The notes: generated by a model not told the origin, from the letters alone. 64,000 nt of DNA from Bdellovibrio sp. (GCA_036676395.1 JAKFCY010000002.1:2176001-2240000); one strand, 5' to 3'; counted from the first letter of the stretch, positions 38,437-49,348 are shown. Numbers and translations: made by a program.

Positions 38437-40113
38437 ATGCACAAATTAGTTTTTATGTTCATGGTGACCTGCCTAATCACCGCCTGCAGCAAAGAAGAAA
38501 CACCCCAGCCAAAGCCCAGCGATTTAGACCCGCGCGGCGTCTTGCGCCCGTTAGACAACGAAACTGATCCCAATAAAATTGAAAACTGGTTCACGAAAGG
38601 CCCCAAAGATAACGTTGAAGGTGTTGATATTGAACGCGCTTTAAAAAATTTAAATTTAAATGCAAAAGCTAAGCAAATTCTTGTCGCGGTAATTGATGGA
38701 GGTTTTGATTTAAATCATCCCGATCTGCAAGGCCGCATGTGGGTCAATGAAAAAGAAGCCCAAGGCCTTGCTGGCGTTGACGACGATCAAAATGGTTACA
38801 TCGATGATCTCAATGGCTGGAATTTTTTAGGCGGCCACGATGAACACGGCCGCGCCGTGCATGTGAATCACGAACGCTTAGAAAGCACACGCGAATTAGT
38901 GCGCCTTAAAAGATTGAAAGCAAATCTTATTATAACAGGCGCTCTGCTTTCAAAATTTGACCAGGCTTATTACGAAAAATTAAATTATGAAGTCACTGGC
39001 GATCGCACCGTTATGCGCATCCAGCTTAAATACACCCAAGCTGCCATTGACCGTTTATTAGAATATTACAATAAAATTGGGGCGCGCATTAATATTCCTT
39101 TCGAACATTTAACTTTAGAAGCCGTCGAAGCCTTCAAAGCGGCCGACGAATCTGAACAGCAGGCCAAAGAAGAACTCCTCATCGAATTTAATTCTTCATT
39201 TGCAAAATCTGTAGAACGTCTGCAAACCCGCGTAAATACATTTAAGGTCGCGCTTGAAACAGCTTTAAATGAAAGTTTTGACCCGCGCGCACAAATTATC
39301 AAGGATGACCCAAATGATTTCACCAATGGCAATTATGGCAATAACGATGTTATCGGCCCCGATGCACTCCATGGCACGCATGTGGCCGGAATTATCGGCG
39401 CCCTTCGCAATAATGGCCAAGGTATTAACGGCGTTTCGCCGTACGCAAAAATTATGGCCTTACGAGCCATACCAAATGGTGATGAGTACGATAAAGATAT
39501 TTATTTCGCGGTCAAATATGCCGTCGATAACGGCGCAAAAATTATTAACATGAGCTTTGGCAAAAGATATTCTCCACATAAATCAAAACTAGATGAAATT
39601 TTTAAATACGCCGCCGACCGTGACGTAATTTTAGTTCACGCCTCGGGAAATTTTGCACACAACAACGATAAAGGACAACATTTTCCGAACCGTTATTTTG
39701 CAAGCCCTCATAGTGAAGCTGAAATAAAAAATTGGATCGAAGTCGGAGCATCTTCAAAATACAATACCCAGGCCTTAGTCGCCACTTTTTCAAATTACGG
39801 AAAAAAAAGCGTCGATATTTTCGCACCAGGAAATGAAATCACATCGACTTCACCGAATAACACTTATTCAATTTTAAGCGGCACGAGCATGGCTGCCCCC
39901 ATGGTGAGCGGAGTTTTATCAGTGCTCTGGGCCCAAAATCCACGCCTTTCGGCGCATGAAGTTCGTCAAATTTTATTACGCAATGGTCGCCATAAAAGTT
40001 CATTGCAAGTGCTAAAACCTGGATTTGGAGAATTAGTTAACTTAGATCAACTTTGCCGAACAGGATCAGTTGTCGATAATTATAAAGCTTTAGTAAAGAT
40101 TTTAAGCTTATAG
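38437..40113 (+). CDS. Subtilisin-like S8 protease (lipoprotein)
   Basis: VAVIDGG, HGTHVAG, GTSMAAP; ITAC lipobox. Confidence 0.93.
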   Translation: MHKLVFMFMVTCLITACSKEETPQPKPSDLDPRGVLRPLDNETDPNKIENWFTKGPKDNVEGVDIERALKNLNLNAKAKQILVAVIDGGFDLNHPDLQGRMWVNEKEAQGLAGVDDDQNGYIDDLNGWNFLGGHDEHGRAVHVNHERLESTRELVRLKRLKANLIITGALLSKFDQAYYEKLNYEVTGDRTVMRIQLKYTQAAIDRLLEYYNKIGARINIPFEHLTLEAVEAFKAADESEQQAKEELLIEFNSSFAKSVERLQTRVNTFKVALETALNESFDPRAQIIKDDPNDFTNGNYGNNDVIGPDALHGTHVAGIIGALRNNGQGINGVSPYAKIMALRAIPNGDEYDKDIYFAVKYAVDNGAKIINMSFGKRYSPHKSKLDEIFKYAADRDVILVHASGNFAHNNDKGQHFPNRYFASPHSEAEIKNWIEVGASSKYNTQALVATFSNYGKKSVDIFAPGNEITSTSPNNTYSILSGTSMAAPMVSGVLSVLWAQNPRLSAHEVRQILLRNGRHKSSLQVLKPGFGELVNLDQLCRTGSVVDNYKALVKILSL

Positions 40114-40983
40114 CTAAGCTTGCAATAGATCAGACAAAATCTGATCTCGACAATTTAACAAAATTGAATAATGGCCTTCAGCTTCAAAGTAATTTAAAGT
40201 CGCTTGCGGTAAATAGCCTTGCATATCTTGCGCAAAACGCAAGTGCACCACATCATCAACTCCGCCATGCCATAAAGTAACCGGGCAAGTGACTTCGTGA
40301 ATCGGAAATCCCCAGTTTTTAGCTAAAATTTTAATATCATGTAACACACCTGCTGGCCCTTGTTTTAAAGCCATGTGCGTAGATTCTAATAATACGGGCT
40401 GAATTTCAGGATCCATAAATACTTTACGATCGGGCTCAGAAAAATCGGCAGTAAATAGCGTCTCATCTAATTTATCTAAGCCCTGGGCCCACACACGATT
40501 CATACCAAAGTGCAATACACGATCTGGAATAAACTGCTGTGCAAACCAAGTTTTCTTTTGCACACGATTCATGTACTTAAAATTTTTGAAAGTTAACGGA
40601 GCTATCCCACCTACCGAAGTCAGTTTTAAAACCTGCTCTTTCATTACGTAAGCTAAAGCTAAAGCATAGGGTGCACCACCGCTGACTGAAATGATTGAAA
40701 ATTTATCAATATTTTGTTCTTGAAAAAGGTTTCTGATTTGGCTGGCAAATTTTAAAAACGTTAAGTTTTTTTGCACTGTTGATTCACCGTAGCCGGGACG
40801 ATCTACAGCAATAAGGCGAAAGGATTTCCATAATGGAGACGTTGAAACAAGTTTGCCATGTTCGGAACAGCCGGGAAACCCATGCACTAAAAAAAGTACG
40901 GGCTTATCCAGTGCGCCCCATTCTTTAACAAGCATTTCATAACCAGGCTCACCGAAAAAATAACTGCGATCACATTGTCTCAT
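40114..40983 (-). CDS. Alpha/beta hydrolase
   Basis: HGFPG, DRPGYGES, SVSGGAP, EGH. Confidence 0.85.
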   Translation of the reverse strand: MRQCDRSYFFGEPGYEMLVKEWGALDKPVLFLVHGFPGCSEHGKLVSTSPLWKSFRLIAVDRPGYGESTVQKNLTFLKFASQIRNLFQEQNIDKFSIISVSGGAPYALALAYVMKEQVLKLTSVGGIAPLTFKNFKYMNRVQKKTWFAQQFIPDRVLHFGMNRVWAQGLDKLDETLFTADFSEPDRKVFMDPEIQPVLLESTHMALKQGPAGVLHDIKILAKNWGFPIHEVTCPVTLWHGGVDDVVHLRFAQDMQGYLPQATLNYFEAEGHYSILLNCRDQILSDLLQA

Positions 40984-41037
40984 AGAAGGGCTATCTTAGC
41001 TTCGAAACCAGATAGCCGTCTACGGCAATCTTAAATA

Positions 41038-41496
41038 TTACTGGCAATCGTCAATATGACGCTTCGGTAGTTCGATTGAACGATCATGAATGAATTTAAA
41101 TCCACGTACAGTTGTTGCAACGGTCTCAACTAAGTAAACAGCGCACGTGTTATCAGTCGTATTCGGGTAAAGCAGTTTCTTTTGCACGATTTCAAAATCA
41201 TGAATTTCTTTTGCTGGATTACCTTTAACGACATCTTCAACAGCAAAAGTCTCGTAAGTAGCTAAGCATGGCGCACTTTCGCCTTCGTTGCGGTGGTTTA
41301 ACATAGTTTCTTTAGCTAAACCTGGAACCAAAATCTTAACAAAAAATGTATCGCCGTAACCTAAGTTACTAGAGCGGATGCCCGTTGTTGAAAGATCAAC
41401 TTCTAGCTGAACCGTTTTTTTAGAGATGATTGTCTCGCCTTGTGCGTAAACTGTTGTTGCAGCTGATAAAACCGCAGCTAAAATAAATTTTTTCAT
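41038..41496 (-). CDS. Secreted hypothetical protein
   Basis: AAGGAG RBS; signal peptide. Confidence 0.65.
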   Translation of the reverse strand: MKKFILAAVLSAATTVYAQGETIISKKTVQLEVDLSTTGIRSSNLGYGDTFFVKILVPGLAKETMLNHRNEGESAPCLATYETFAVEDVVKGNPAKEIHDFEIVQKKLLYPNTTDNTCAVYLVETVATTVRGFKFIHDRSIELPKRHIDDCQ

Positions 41497-41512
41497 ATAA
41501 AACTCCTTTTTT

Positions 41513-42184
41513 TTATTTTGTTAATTTTCTGATTTGAATATTAAACTGACCAACGGGATGTAGCTGATCAGTGCGCTCTTTAAAATCTACAATCACTTTT
41601 TCTTGGTCTGCCGCACTTAAATCCTGAAGAATTAAATCTTTGCTATTTAAGTCATGTCCGGCAAAATACATCTGCGTGATTAATTCACGGTGACGTAACG
41701 CTGAAATCTTAAAATGTATATGCGGCGGACGATCCCAACCTGTATCTGCAGGATAAGCCCCCGGAATAATTGTTCTAAAACGATAAAACCCTTTTTCATC
41801 AGTAATGGCTTTACCCCAGTATTGAAAATTTGGGTCAAGCTCTGCTGTATTTGGATCGGCAGCATGATTGTATCGTCCGGTATGACAAGCTTGCCAAATT
41901 TCAACCAGGGCATTTTTTACCGGCGTGCAGTGTTGATCGGTCACAATACCTTCAACAATCACGATTTCACCAAGAGCCTGAGCAGAACTTCCTTTAATGT
42001 AAACTAAATCGCCGTCTTTATCGACCTGATCCACAGTGGGATAAAATGGTCCTTCAACTTGTTTTGGTGTTAATCCATTAACGCACATCACATCCTCCGC
42101 TTTAACAACGCGAGCGAATGCAAATACTGATAAAGAAGATAACAGGCCATTTCTAATAAGTTCACGTCTTTTCATTTTGAACAC
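41513..42184 (-). CDS. Intradiol ring-cleavage dioxygenase-like protein with Tat-like leader
   Basis: KRRELI; EGPFYP, EIWQAC..GRY, RPPHIHF. Confidence 0.88.
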   Translation of the reverse strand: MFKMKRRELIRNGLLSSLSVFAFARVVKAEDVMCVNGLTPKQVEGPFYPTVDQVDKDGDLVYIKGSSAQALGEIVIVEGIVTDQHCTPVKNALVEIWQACHTGRYNHAADPNTAELDPNFQYWGKAITDEKGFYRFRTIIPGAYPADTGWDRPPHIHFKISALRHRELITQMYFAGHDLNSKDLILQDLSAADQEKVIVDFKERTDQLHPVGQFNIQIRKLTK

Positions 42185-42264
42185 TTCCTTCTTAAAATTA
42201 GAAGTACTGAAAAAACAATAATAAATATAATGAAAGTTATGTTTAGATATGATAACTAATATTA

Positions 42265-43107
42265 ATGATTAACCAAACCGACCTTAAATACTTTTTAGAA
42301 CTGTCACAAACCCTGCACTTAACCAGAGCCTCTGAGCGCTTGGGCATTACCCAGCCAGCATTAAGCCACTGTGTAAAACGTTTAGAGTCAGATTTAAACT
42401 GCCAGCTTTTTTTACGTTCTAAAAAAGGCGTGCAGCTTACTCCTGCCGGCACAAAGTTAAAACAATCGGCTAACTCGATGATTCAACAATGGGAAAATCT
42501 CAAACAAAATATCTCGGATGATATCGAAACTCCACAGGGAGTTATTAAACTTGGGGTTCATTCAGCGGTCGCGCAATATTCGCTGAGTTTTCTGGGCTCT
42601 TTCTTGAAAAAAAATCCGGCGATTGAAGTGCAACTGACTCACGGCTTATCGCGCTATATGACCGAACAAGTGGTCAGTTCGGTATTAGATACCGCATTTG
42701 CGGTGAATCCGGCGCCCCACCCCGATTTGATTATTAAAGAGATTTGTCGCGATGAAGTTTGTTTATGGAAAGCCAAGAACTGCCAAAATGATGATGTGTT
42801 GATCATCGAACCGAGTCTTTTACAAACCCAGGATATTTTGCAAAAATTAAATAAAAAGGGTTTCAACTTTAAACGCGTTATCGAATCGTCTAGTTTAGAG
42901 GTTATTGCCAATCTTGTGGCTCATGGCGTTGGTTGCGGCATCGTTCCAGAACGGGTTTTACAAATTTATGAACAGCAAAGCTACGAAAAAGTTAAAGGCG
43001 CACCGCAGTTCTCTGATAAGATCTGTTTGGTTTACAAACAAGAGTTTCGTAAAGTCAAACGCGGCCAGATTTTTATCGAGAGCATTTTACACAGTCTAAA
43101 GGAATAA
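42265..43107 (+). CDS. LysR family regulator
   Basis: LTRASERLGITQPALSHCVKRLE. Confidence 0.92.
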   Translation: MINQTDLKYFLELSQTLHLTRASERLGITQPALSHCVKRLESDLNCQLFLRSKKGVQLTPAGTKLKQSANSMIQQWENLKQNISDDIETPQGVIKLGVHSAVAQYSLSFLGSFLKKNPAIEVQLTHGLSRYMTEQVVSSVLDTAFAVNPAPHPDLIIKEICRDEVCLWKAKNCQNDDVLIIEPSLLQTQDILQKLNKKGFNFKRVIESSSLEVIANLVAHGVGCGIVPERVLQIYEQQSYEKVKGAPQFSDKICLVYKQEFRKVKRGQIFIESILHSLKE

Positions 43108-43110
43108 CCC

Positions 43111-43917
43111 ATGTCACAAAAATATATTCACGGTTTTGAAAAAAAAGAGCAGGATCGCTTAATTCATCAGGCTGATTTTTTAGAACCCTATATATATCAA
43201 GGTGTTGATTTAGAATTTACTAAAAACCTATTAGAAGTCGGTTGCGGTGTCGGCGCGCAAACCCAAATTCTTTGTCGTCGGTTTCCGAAATTACAAATCG
43301 ATGGCATTGATTTATCACAAGCACAGTTAAAAACAGCCAGTAAATACCTAGCCAAAGAAATTAAATCAGGCCGTGTTACCCTACAACAGCAAGACGCACA
43401 AAAAATGAAACTCAGCAAAACTGATTACGATGCAGCTTTTGTCTGTTGGTTCTTAGAACATGTTCCTGATCCATTATTGGTTTTAAAAAATGTCTATAAA
43501 AATTTAAAACCGGACGGCAAAGTTTATATCTCTGAAGTTTTTAACCACAGTCTATTTATGGAGCCCTATTCACCGGCGTATTTAAAATATTGGTTTGAAT
43601 TTAATGATTACCAATGGGAAATCAAGGGCCACCCGTTTGTCGGCGCCCAATTAGGCAATTTATTAAAAGCTTCTGGTTTCAAAAATATTAATGTTGAAAT
43701 TCGGCCATTTCATTTCGATGCCCGCGAACCTGAAAAACGAGCGGCCTTTATCGATTTTTTCTTTGATATTCTATTAAGTGCTGAGCAAACACTTATCGAA
43801 AAAAAGCGCGTAAGCCCGCAATTAATCAAGCAAATGAAATCTGAAGTAGAAACTGTAAAAAAATCTAAAAATTCAGTCTTCTTTTATTCTTATGTGCGAG
43901 CTACTGCGACAAAATAA
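43111..43917 (+). CDS. Class I SAM methyltransferase
   Basis: LEVGCGVG, GIDLS, FLEHVPDP. Confidence 0.88.
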   Translation: MSQKYIHGFEKKEQDRLIHQADFLEPYIYQGVDLEFTKNLLEVGCGVGAQTQILCRRFPKLQIDGIDLSQAQLKTASKYLAKEIKSGRVTLQQQDAQKMKLSKTDYDAAFVCWFLEHVPDPLLVLKNVYKNLKPDGKVYISEVFNHSLFMEPYSPAYLKYWFEFNDYQWEIKGHPFVGAQLGNLLKASGFKNINVEIRPFHFDAREPEKRAAFIDFFFDILLSAEQTLIEKKRVSPQLIKQMKSEVETVKKSKNSVFFYSYVRATATK

Positions 43918-44004
43918 GCCGTAGCGTTTCGCCTCAAAATTCAGGAATTTCACCACAACTAGTTTTGTGAAGTACACCTCTTGCGCTTTAAGCGGCAAAG
44001 GCTT

Positions 44005-44020
44005 TGGTTGCGCACTTGCA
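44005..44020 (+). promoter_or_regulatory. sigma54 -24/-12 promoter
   Basis: TGGTTGCGCACTTGCA. Confidence 0.6.
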
Positions 44021-44065
44021 ATCACATAAGAGACCGTTCAACTAAAAATCTATTGGAGGTACCTT

Positions 44066-44248
44066 ATGTTAAGAGCCGCAATCACATTCTTTGTGTTGGC
44101 TTTAGTGGCCATTCTTTTTGGAGCTACTGGTTTTGCCGGGGTTTCTATGGAAATCGGACGCGTATTACTGGCTGTTTTCCTAATTCTTGCTGCAATCAGC
44201 TTTGTTGCGAGTCTCATCGGCGGAAGACGTCAGGATTACCTTCCTTAA
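44066..44248 (+). CDS. DUF1328 (UPF0391/YtjA) small membrane protein
   Basis: MLRAAITFFVLALVAILFGATGFAG; GGAGG RBS. Confidence 0.88.
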   Translation: MLRAAITFFVLALVAILFGATGFAGVSMEIGRVLLAVFLILAAISFVASLIGGRRQDYLP

Positions 44249-44335
44249 TATCCACTTCCCCACAGGGATATGATTCATGCAACCTCTCTTGTATGGATCA
44301 TATCCCTGTCATTTACTCTCTATAAGGAGACCGCT

Positions 44336-45325
44336 ATGCGTTCTTTAAATGATCATATCAATTTAAATTTTACTGTAATTGCTTTGTTCTACGTGCTGAT
44401 TAGTTTTTCAGGGTGTGCGAATAAAGCTCATCGTGTTCAATTTCCTGAAGGCACAAACCCAAGTGTTGAACTGAGTCGCTTAGAAGCTGATATTCAGCAA
44501 GGTGAATTAAATCAAGTTGATATCAGCTCACCAAACTATTTCGCAGTGGCTAAAAGAAAATTAGCCGAAGCCCGTAAAATGGAGACTGAAGGTAAATCAG
44601 AAAAGAAAATCCTTGAAACTGTTGGCGATGCGCGCGGAAATCTAGAGTACGCCCTTAGCCAACAACAAGAAGCACGCGGTGAAATCAGTGGTATTCTAGA
44701 TGCCCGCAAAATGGCGTTAAAAGCCGGCGCTCTTGAAAATTCTCCGAGCGAGTTTCAACGTATTGACTGGGAACTCAAAGAAGCCATTAAAGATCATAAA
44801 CCAAATAAAGAGTATTTCTCTTTTAGTGAAAACCAAGCTTTTAAAAACAAATACTACAGTCTGCAAAGCCGTGCTATGGCCGCGCGGCAAAATACTGACC
44901 CGACAGCGGCAGCCCTTGCAGAACTTAATTTCGATCCAAAAATGGCTGAAGTCATGCGCGACGGTGAAAAAATCGTGGTGCGCTTAATCGGCAGCAACTT
45001 TGCTCCGGGCCAAGCTAAAATTTCTGACGAAGTCATGCCTGCTTTAGACAAAGTAAAACAGATTTTAACTTCGATGAATCAAGAGCAAGTTAAAATCGAG
45101 GGCTTTACAGATTCAACAGGCAATGCCGAGCTAAATCAAAAAATTTCTGAGGCCCGCGCTGAAGCGGTCGCAGATTATTTACTTTCAGGCGAAGCCATCA
45201 CGCAGGATCAGATTGAATATCAAGGTTTAGGTGCCACCAATCCAGTGACCTCTAATTTAACCAAAGAAGGCCGCGCGGCGAATCGTCGTGTTGATATTAT
45301 TATTACTCCAACAAGAGTGGAATAA
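44336..45325 (+). CDS. OmpA-family peptidoglycan-binding protein
   Basis: IEGFTDSTG..N..SEARAEAV...NRRVDI; AAGGAG RBS before ATG 44336. Confidence 0.85.
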   Translation: MRSLNDHINLNFTVIALFYVLISFSGCANKAHRVQFPEGTNPSVELSRLEADIQQGELNQVDISSPNYFAVAKRKLAEARKMETEGKSEKKILETVGDARGNLEYALSQQQEARGEISGILDARKMALKAGALENSPSEFQRIDWELKEAIKDHKPNKEYFSFSENQAFKNKYYSLQSRAMAARQNTDPTAAALAELNFDPKMAEVMRDGEKIVVRLIGSNFAPGQAKISDEVMPALDKVKQILTSMNQEQVKIEGFTDSTGNAELNQKISEARAEAVADYLLSGEAITQDQIEYQGLGATNPVTSNLTKEGRAANRRVDIIITPTRVE

Positions 45326-45327
45326 AC

Positions 45328-45612
45328 ATGAAAACTGAAATGGATATTCCGAAAGAAGCTATCCTTAAATATTTAGAGCGTCGCTTTACCGACATCGAAA
45401 ATTGCCGGATAGCTTTACAGCGAGGCGACTTATCAGTTTGTGAAACGGTCGGCCACCAACTTAAAGGCAACGGGTCAACATTCGGTTTTCCTGAAATTTC
45501 AACGGTTGGAAAATCTTTAGAACTTGCGGCGAAAGCCCATGATAGCGATTCGGCTTCGCACTTGGTTGATGAATTAGAAAGCATTGTCAAAAAAACCACG
45601 CTACATCATTAA
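45328..45612 (+). CDS. Hpt phosphotransfer protein
   Basis: GHQLKGNGSTFGF. Confidence 0.85.
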   Translation: MKTEMDIPKEAILKYLERRFTDIENCRIALQRGDLSVCETVGHQLKGNGSTFGFPEISTVGKSLELAAKAHDSDSASHLVDELESIVKKTTLHH

Positions 45613-45696
45613 AGTCCAAATTCTCTCTATAACGGGGAATTTTTACTGCTTAAATTCATTTAAACTCATAACTGCAAAGGTAAACTTTCTTACGGC

Positions 45697-45712
45697 TGGC
45701 TCGGCCTTTGCT
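45697..45712 (+). promoter_or_regulatory. sigma54 -24/-12 promoter
   Basis: TGGCTCGGCCTTTGCT. Confidence 0.7.
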
Positions 45713-45751
45713 TATTCTAGTGGGTACCAGAATTTTCAGAGGGGTGAAAAA

Positions 45752-46228
45752 ATGAATCAGTTAACGCACGTGAATGCGACTAAGATAGTCCATCCACGTC
45801 AAGGAAGAGTCTTAATCGTCGAAGACGATCGCGATCTAGCAGAAGTATTAGCAGACAAATTTGCATTCGATGGTGCCTATGTCGAAGTCGCCAACGACCC
45901 ATACGAAGCCTTAAATCAAATGTCTGAACATCATTTTGATTTAGTCATTATGGATTGGGAATTACCTGATATGACCGGCGGTGAAACGCTCAAACAAGCC
46001 GACCGCAACGCGATGATTGATCCGTTAGCTTCAGAGCAATGGAACATGAAAAAAACGCCAGTGGTCATTTTATCTGCTCACAAAGCACGTGAATGCAGAA
46101 CCAATAAAAATAATACTTATCGTGTGGTTTCATACATCAGTAAACGACAGCCATTTGCGAATATCTTGAAAAGCCTTAGAGACGTTCTACAATCAGCAAT
46201 TAGCCCGGCTTTAGTCAAAGCCGTCTAA
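45752..46228 (+). CDS. Response regulator receiver protein
   Basis: LIVEDD, MDWELPDMTG; likely start ATG 45752. Confidence 0.85.
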   Translation: MNQLTHVNATKIVHPRQGRVLIVEDDRDLAEVLADKFAFDGAYVEVANDPYEALNQMSEHHFDLVIMDWELPDMTGGETLKQADRNAMIDPLASEQWNMKKTPVVILSAHKARECRTNKNNTYRVVSYISKRQPFANILKSLRDVLQSAISPALVKAV

Positions 46229-46245
46229 TACAATTGTTAACCACT

Positions 46246-46285
46246 AATAAAAAAAGCATCGCTAATAACGATGCTTTTTTTATTT
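46246..46285. terminator. Bidirectional terminator
   Basis: aaaaaagcatcg-ctaataa-cgatgctttttt. Confidence 0.8.
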
Positions 46286-46302
46286 CAGCAGTAGTTTTAA
46301 AA

Positions 46303-47760
46303 CTACTGCTGTAACATATTTTCTGTTTTTTGCATAGCTGCCAGTTTTCGGTACAACGTTTTGCGGTCGATACCTAATTCTTTAGCTGTCTTTTCTTTTG
46401 ATTCATTATTTTTACGTAAAACTTTTAAGATATAGATCTGACATAATTCTTCAAGTTTCAGCGTACGTTCATTCATGACGATTTTTTCTAAGGTCATCTC
46501 GGTGGTTAACTTCGGCGGAGCCGAAACCACTGGAAGAGCCGCATCCACGACATCTTCTGTGCTCACCTTTTCAAAGTCCACTAAGTCTTTACACTCAATG
46601 ACAGGGCCCGTGGCTAAGACCACGGCCCGTTCTACAGTGTTTTCCAACTCGCGCACATTTCCACGCCACGTATTGTTTAATAAATGGTCGGTCGCTTCAC
46701 GCGAAAAACCACTTAAAGATATGCCGTTGAGTGCTGAATATTTTTTTAGAAAATATTCAGCTAAGGGAAGGATATCTTCTTTACGTTGGCGTAATGGCGG
46801 AATACGAATCGGAATAACATTTAAACGAAAGTATAAATCTTCGCGAAAACGGCGTTCTTGCACTTCAAAGCGCAAATCTTTATGAGTCGCTGCAACGATG
46901 CGTACATCGATATTGCGCTGCTGGTTTTCACCAATACGACGAATCTTTTTTTCTTGCAGCACGCGAAGTAATTTGGCTTGTAACTGCAAGGTCATATCCC
47001 CGATTTCATCTAAGAATAGAGTTCCGCCTTCAGCTTCTTCAAATAGACCCACCTTTTTATCAATGGCGCCGGTAAAAGACCCCTTGGCATGACCAAAAAG
47101 TTCTGACTCTAATAATGTTTCAGGAATCGCCGAGCAATTGATCGTCACAAACGGTTCTTTACTGCGAGGACCCATTTGGTGTACAGCTTTTGCGATCACT
47201 TCTTTACCCGCACCAGATTCTCCGGTGATCAGGATATGCGCTTGGCTTGACGCTACTTTTTTCGCTAAATCCAGCGCCTGGCGAAAGCCTGCAGATTTAC
47301 CGATGATACCTGTTACACCGGTACCTTCTTTGTTTTGAATCACTGCTTTTAGAACTTTGTTTTCACCACTGACTTTACGGTAATGCATTGCTCTTTGAAC
47401 AGAGGTTAATAAATTAGGAAATGGAATTGGTTTTAAAATAAAATCATAGGCACCGACTTCAACTGTTTGCACAGCTAAATCAACATCGTTATGCCCAGTC
47501 ACTAAGATCACGGGAATATCTATGTCTTCATCATGTAACCTTTGCGTGAATTCGATTCCAGAAAGTTCGGGCATCATTAAATCGGTAATGATAACATCGA
47601 AATTTTCTTGGTTTTTTTTTAAGCTCGCTAAAGCATCGAGCGGTGTGGAAAATGTCGTTACGTCAAAACCGCGTGGTTTAAAAAACGCTTCAATCACTTC
47701 TGACATATCTTGGTCATCTTCGACTACGGCTAAACGCCCAGTTGCATTCAATGATTTCAT
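46303..47760 (-). CDS. NtrC-family sigma54-dependent response regulator
   Basis: REC domain; [35 protein letters not shown]; Fis-type HTH. Confidence 0.95.
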   Translation of the reverse strand: MKSLNATGRLAVVEDDQDMSEVIEAFFKPRGFDVTTFSTPLDALASLKKNQENFDVIITDLMMPELSGIEFTQRLHDEDIDIPVILVTGHNDVDLAVQTVEVGAYDFILKPIPFPNLLTSVQRAMHYRKVSGENKVLKAVIQNKEGTGVTGIIGKSAGFRQALDLAKKVASSQAHILITGESGAGKEVIAKAVHQMGPRSKEPFVTINCSAIPETLLESELFGHAKGSFTGAIDKKVGLFEEAEGGTLFLDEIGDMTLQLQAKLLRVLQEKKIRRIGENQQRNIDVRIVAATHKDLRFEVQERRFREDLYFRLNVIPIRIPPLRQRKEDILPLAEYFLKKYSALNGISLSGFSREATDHLLNNTWRGNVRELENTVERAVVLATGPVIECKDLVDFEKVSTEDVVDAALPVVSAPPKLTTEMTLEKIVMNERTLKLEELCQIYILKVLRKNNESKEKTAKELGIDRKTLYRKLAAMQKTENMLQQ

Positions 47761-48224
47761 TATACAGCTCCTGTTGCAGCATCTCTGGTATGATGCGCGT
47801 GATGTTCGTGTTTTTCTCTTCTGTTGTTCACAAAATCTGTAATTAATACCGCTAATGCGTCTTCAATCGGCGAGTGCGCTCCGTGAATAACTTCAGACGG
47901 TTTTACGGCGTGCTCTTTTCTTAAATTTGCGACCACCAAAAATACAATTCCTAGAACACAAATTCCCAAGCCACCAGCTGCTACCGCAGATAACAAGAAG
48001 TAACCTTTTAAATCATAAGTAGATAAAGTATTAAAAAATGAAACTAAAAAACCAGTCAGCAGTAAGATAATTCCTACTAAACTCAGAGCTGCAGATTGGG
48101 CCATCACTTTGACCCGAGCTAAAGCATAGTCAACAATCACTTCATATGGAATCTGCAACATGCGCTTACCAAATAAAAATGATCCAATAAAACGAAGAAT
48201 TTTAAACATAGCTCTGGCCCCCAA
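47760..48224 (-). CDS. Two-TM membrane protein (YqjE-like position)
   Basis: Two TM helices; follows the DUF883-like gene. Confidence 0.55.
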   Translation of the reverse strand: MGARAMFKILRFIGSFLFGKRMLQIPYEVIVDYALARVKVMAQSAALSLVGIILLLTGFLVSFFNTLSTYDLKGYFLLSAVAAGGLGICVLGIVFLVVANLRKEHAVKPSEVIHGAHSPIEDALAVLITDFVNNRREKHEHHAHHTRDAATGAV

Positions 48225-48266
48225 AGAAAAAAGGCCCTGGTAAGTCAGAGCCTGTTTTTAAAAAAA

Positions 48267-48587
48267 TTAACTTGAACGACGACGGCCAAATAGCAGGCCG
48301 GCGATTACGCCCACACCAACTGCGGCACCTAACCAGGCTGCCGGATTACGGCGAACCGCTGAGATTGATGTATCGTAGGCTTCGACTGATCTAGTTCTTA
48401 AACCAGAAAGTGCTTCAGACATACGTTCTGCAATTGGAGTTTCTAAAAACTCTTCACCGGCACGACGTGCGCGATCTACTGCATGAGATGCTTTATCACT
48501 GATTTTTTCAGCTGCGTGAGACGCTTTATCACTGTATTTATCAGCTTTTGAATTAAATTGATTTTTGATATCAGAAGTCGTTTCCAT
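48267..48587 (-). CDS. DUF883/ElaB/YqjD-like protein
   Basis: VRRNPAAWLGAAVGVGVIAGLLFGRRR tail anchor. Confidence 0.8.
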   Translation of the reverse strand: METTSDIKNQFNSKADKYSDKASHAAEKISDKASHAVDRARRAGEEFLETPIAERMSEALSGLRTRSVEAYDTSISAVRRNPAAWLGAAVGVGVIAGLLFGRRRSS

Positions 48588-48680
48588 TTTTTCTCCTTGG
48601 CGTTTCAAACACCTTATTTGTTTTGATTAATCGATCCAAATGCAGACCGGGTTCGTGAATTATTTTAAACTTGTCGTTAA

Positions 48681-49232
48681 CTACTTTTTTGTGAAAATCA
48701 TCAATACTGCTTTAGAAGCCTGCCCCTTTTCACCAAATAAGCCAGTTTCAGAATCTTGCACCGGAGCAGCCCCCGCCACTTCAGTCGTTTTTTTAACGCG
48801 CGCATCTTTTGTATTTAAAAATTCTTTTAATGCTCCAGGGCGCTTGGCCATGTTAAATCCTGAAACGTCTTTAATCTTTAAATCACTTTTTAAAAAAGCT
48901 TTTACAGTTTCGATTCTTCGTTTAGCTAAAGTTACATTAGCTTTACTTTGTGAAGTTTTACTGGCTGGATATTCTTGGTCTGACCAAGCTAAGACATTTA
49001 TATAATCGAGCTCACCTTTTTGGCGGGCTTCATCAACGACATTGCGAATTTCTGCCCGACTCTGATCAGTTAAGGCATCAGAACCAGCGACAAATTCAAT
49101 TTCACCTAAGTTTGCAGCACCTAAACTAGTAGCTGCTTGGCGAGTTTGCTCTGAGATCATTGCCAATGCTTCAATGGCAAACAATGAGCCCACTAACGAA
49201 ATAACGACAAGACAACGCAAAAACAATTTCAT
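48681..49232 (-). CDS. Secreted protein with OmpA-like fold
   Basis: Signal peptide; IEFVAGSDALT...LAWSD...LAKRR. Confidence 0.55.
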   Translation of the reverse strand: MKLFLRCLVVISLVGSLFAIEALAMISEQTRQAATSLGAANLGEIEFVAGSDALTDQSRAEIRNVVDEARQKGELDYINVLAWSDQEYPASKTSQSKANVTLAKRRIETVKAFLKSDLKIKDVSGFNMAKRPGALKEFLNTKDARVKKTTEVAGAAPVQDSETGLFGEKGQASKAVLMIFTKK

Positions 49233-49266
49233 ACCATTCCCCTAATCCTGTGATTTGTTTGATGTT

Positions 49267-49282
49267 TGCAATGACTGCGCCA
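49267..49282 (-). promoter_or_regulatory. sigma54 -24/-12 promoter
   Basis: TGGCGCAGTCATTGCA on the minus strand. Confidence 0.7.
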
Positions 49283-49348
49283 CCAAAAATACAGAGTTAA
49301 GTCGTATGTGTTTATTCTTGCAATATCACTGAGGGGCGTTTCGCCACG

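Noticed and set aside
43981..44325. 114-aa ORF overlapping DUF1328
   Set aside because: Alternative frame over a clear DUF1328 gene and its promoter
45584..45751. N-terminal extension of the receiver protein
   Set aside because: It spans a sigma54-like promoter; ATG 45752 with a GAGGGG RBS is the more plausible start
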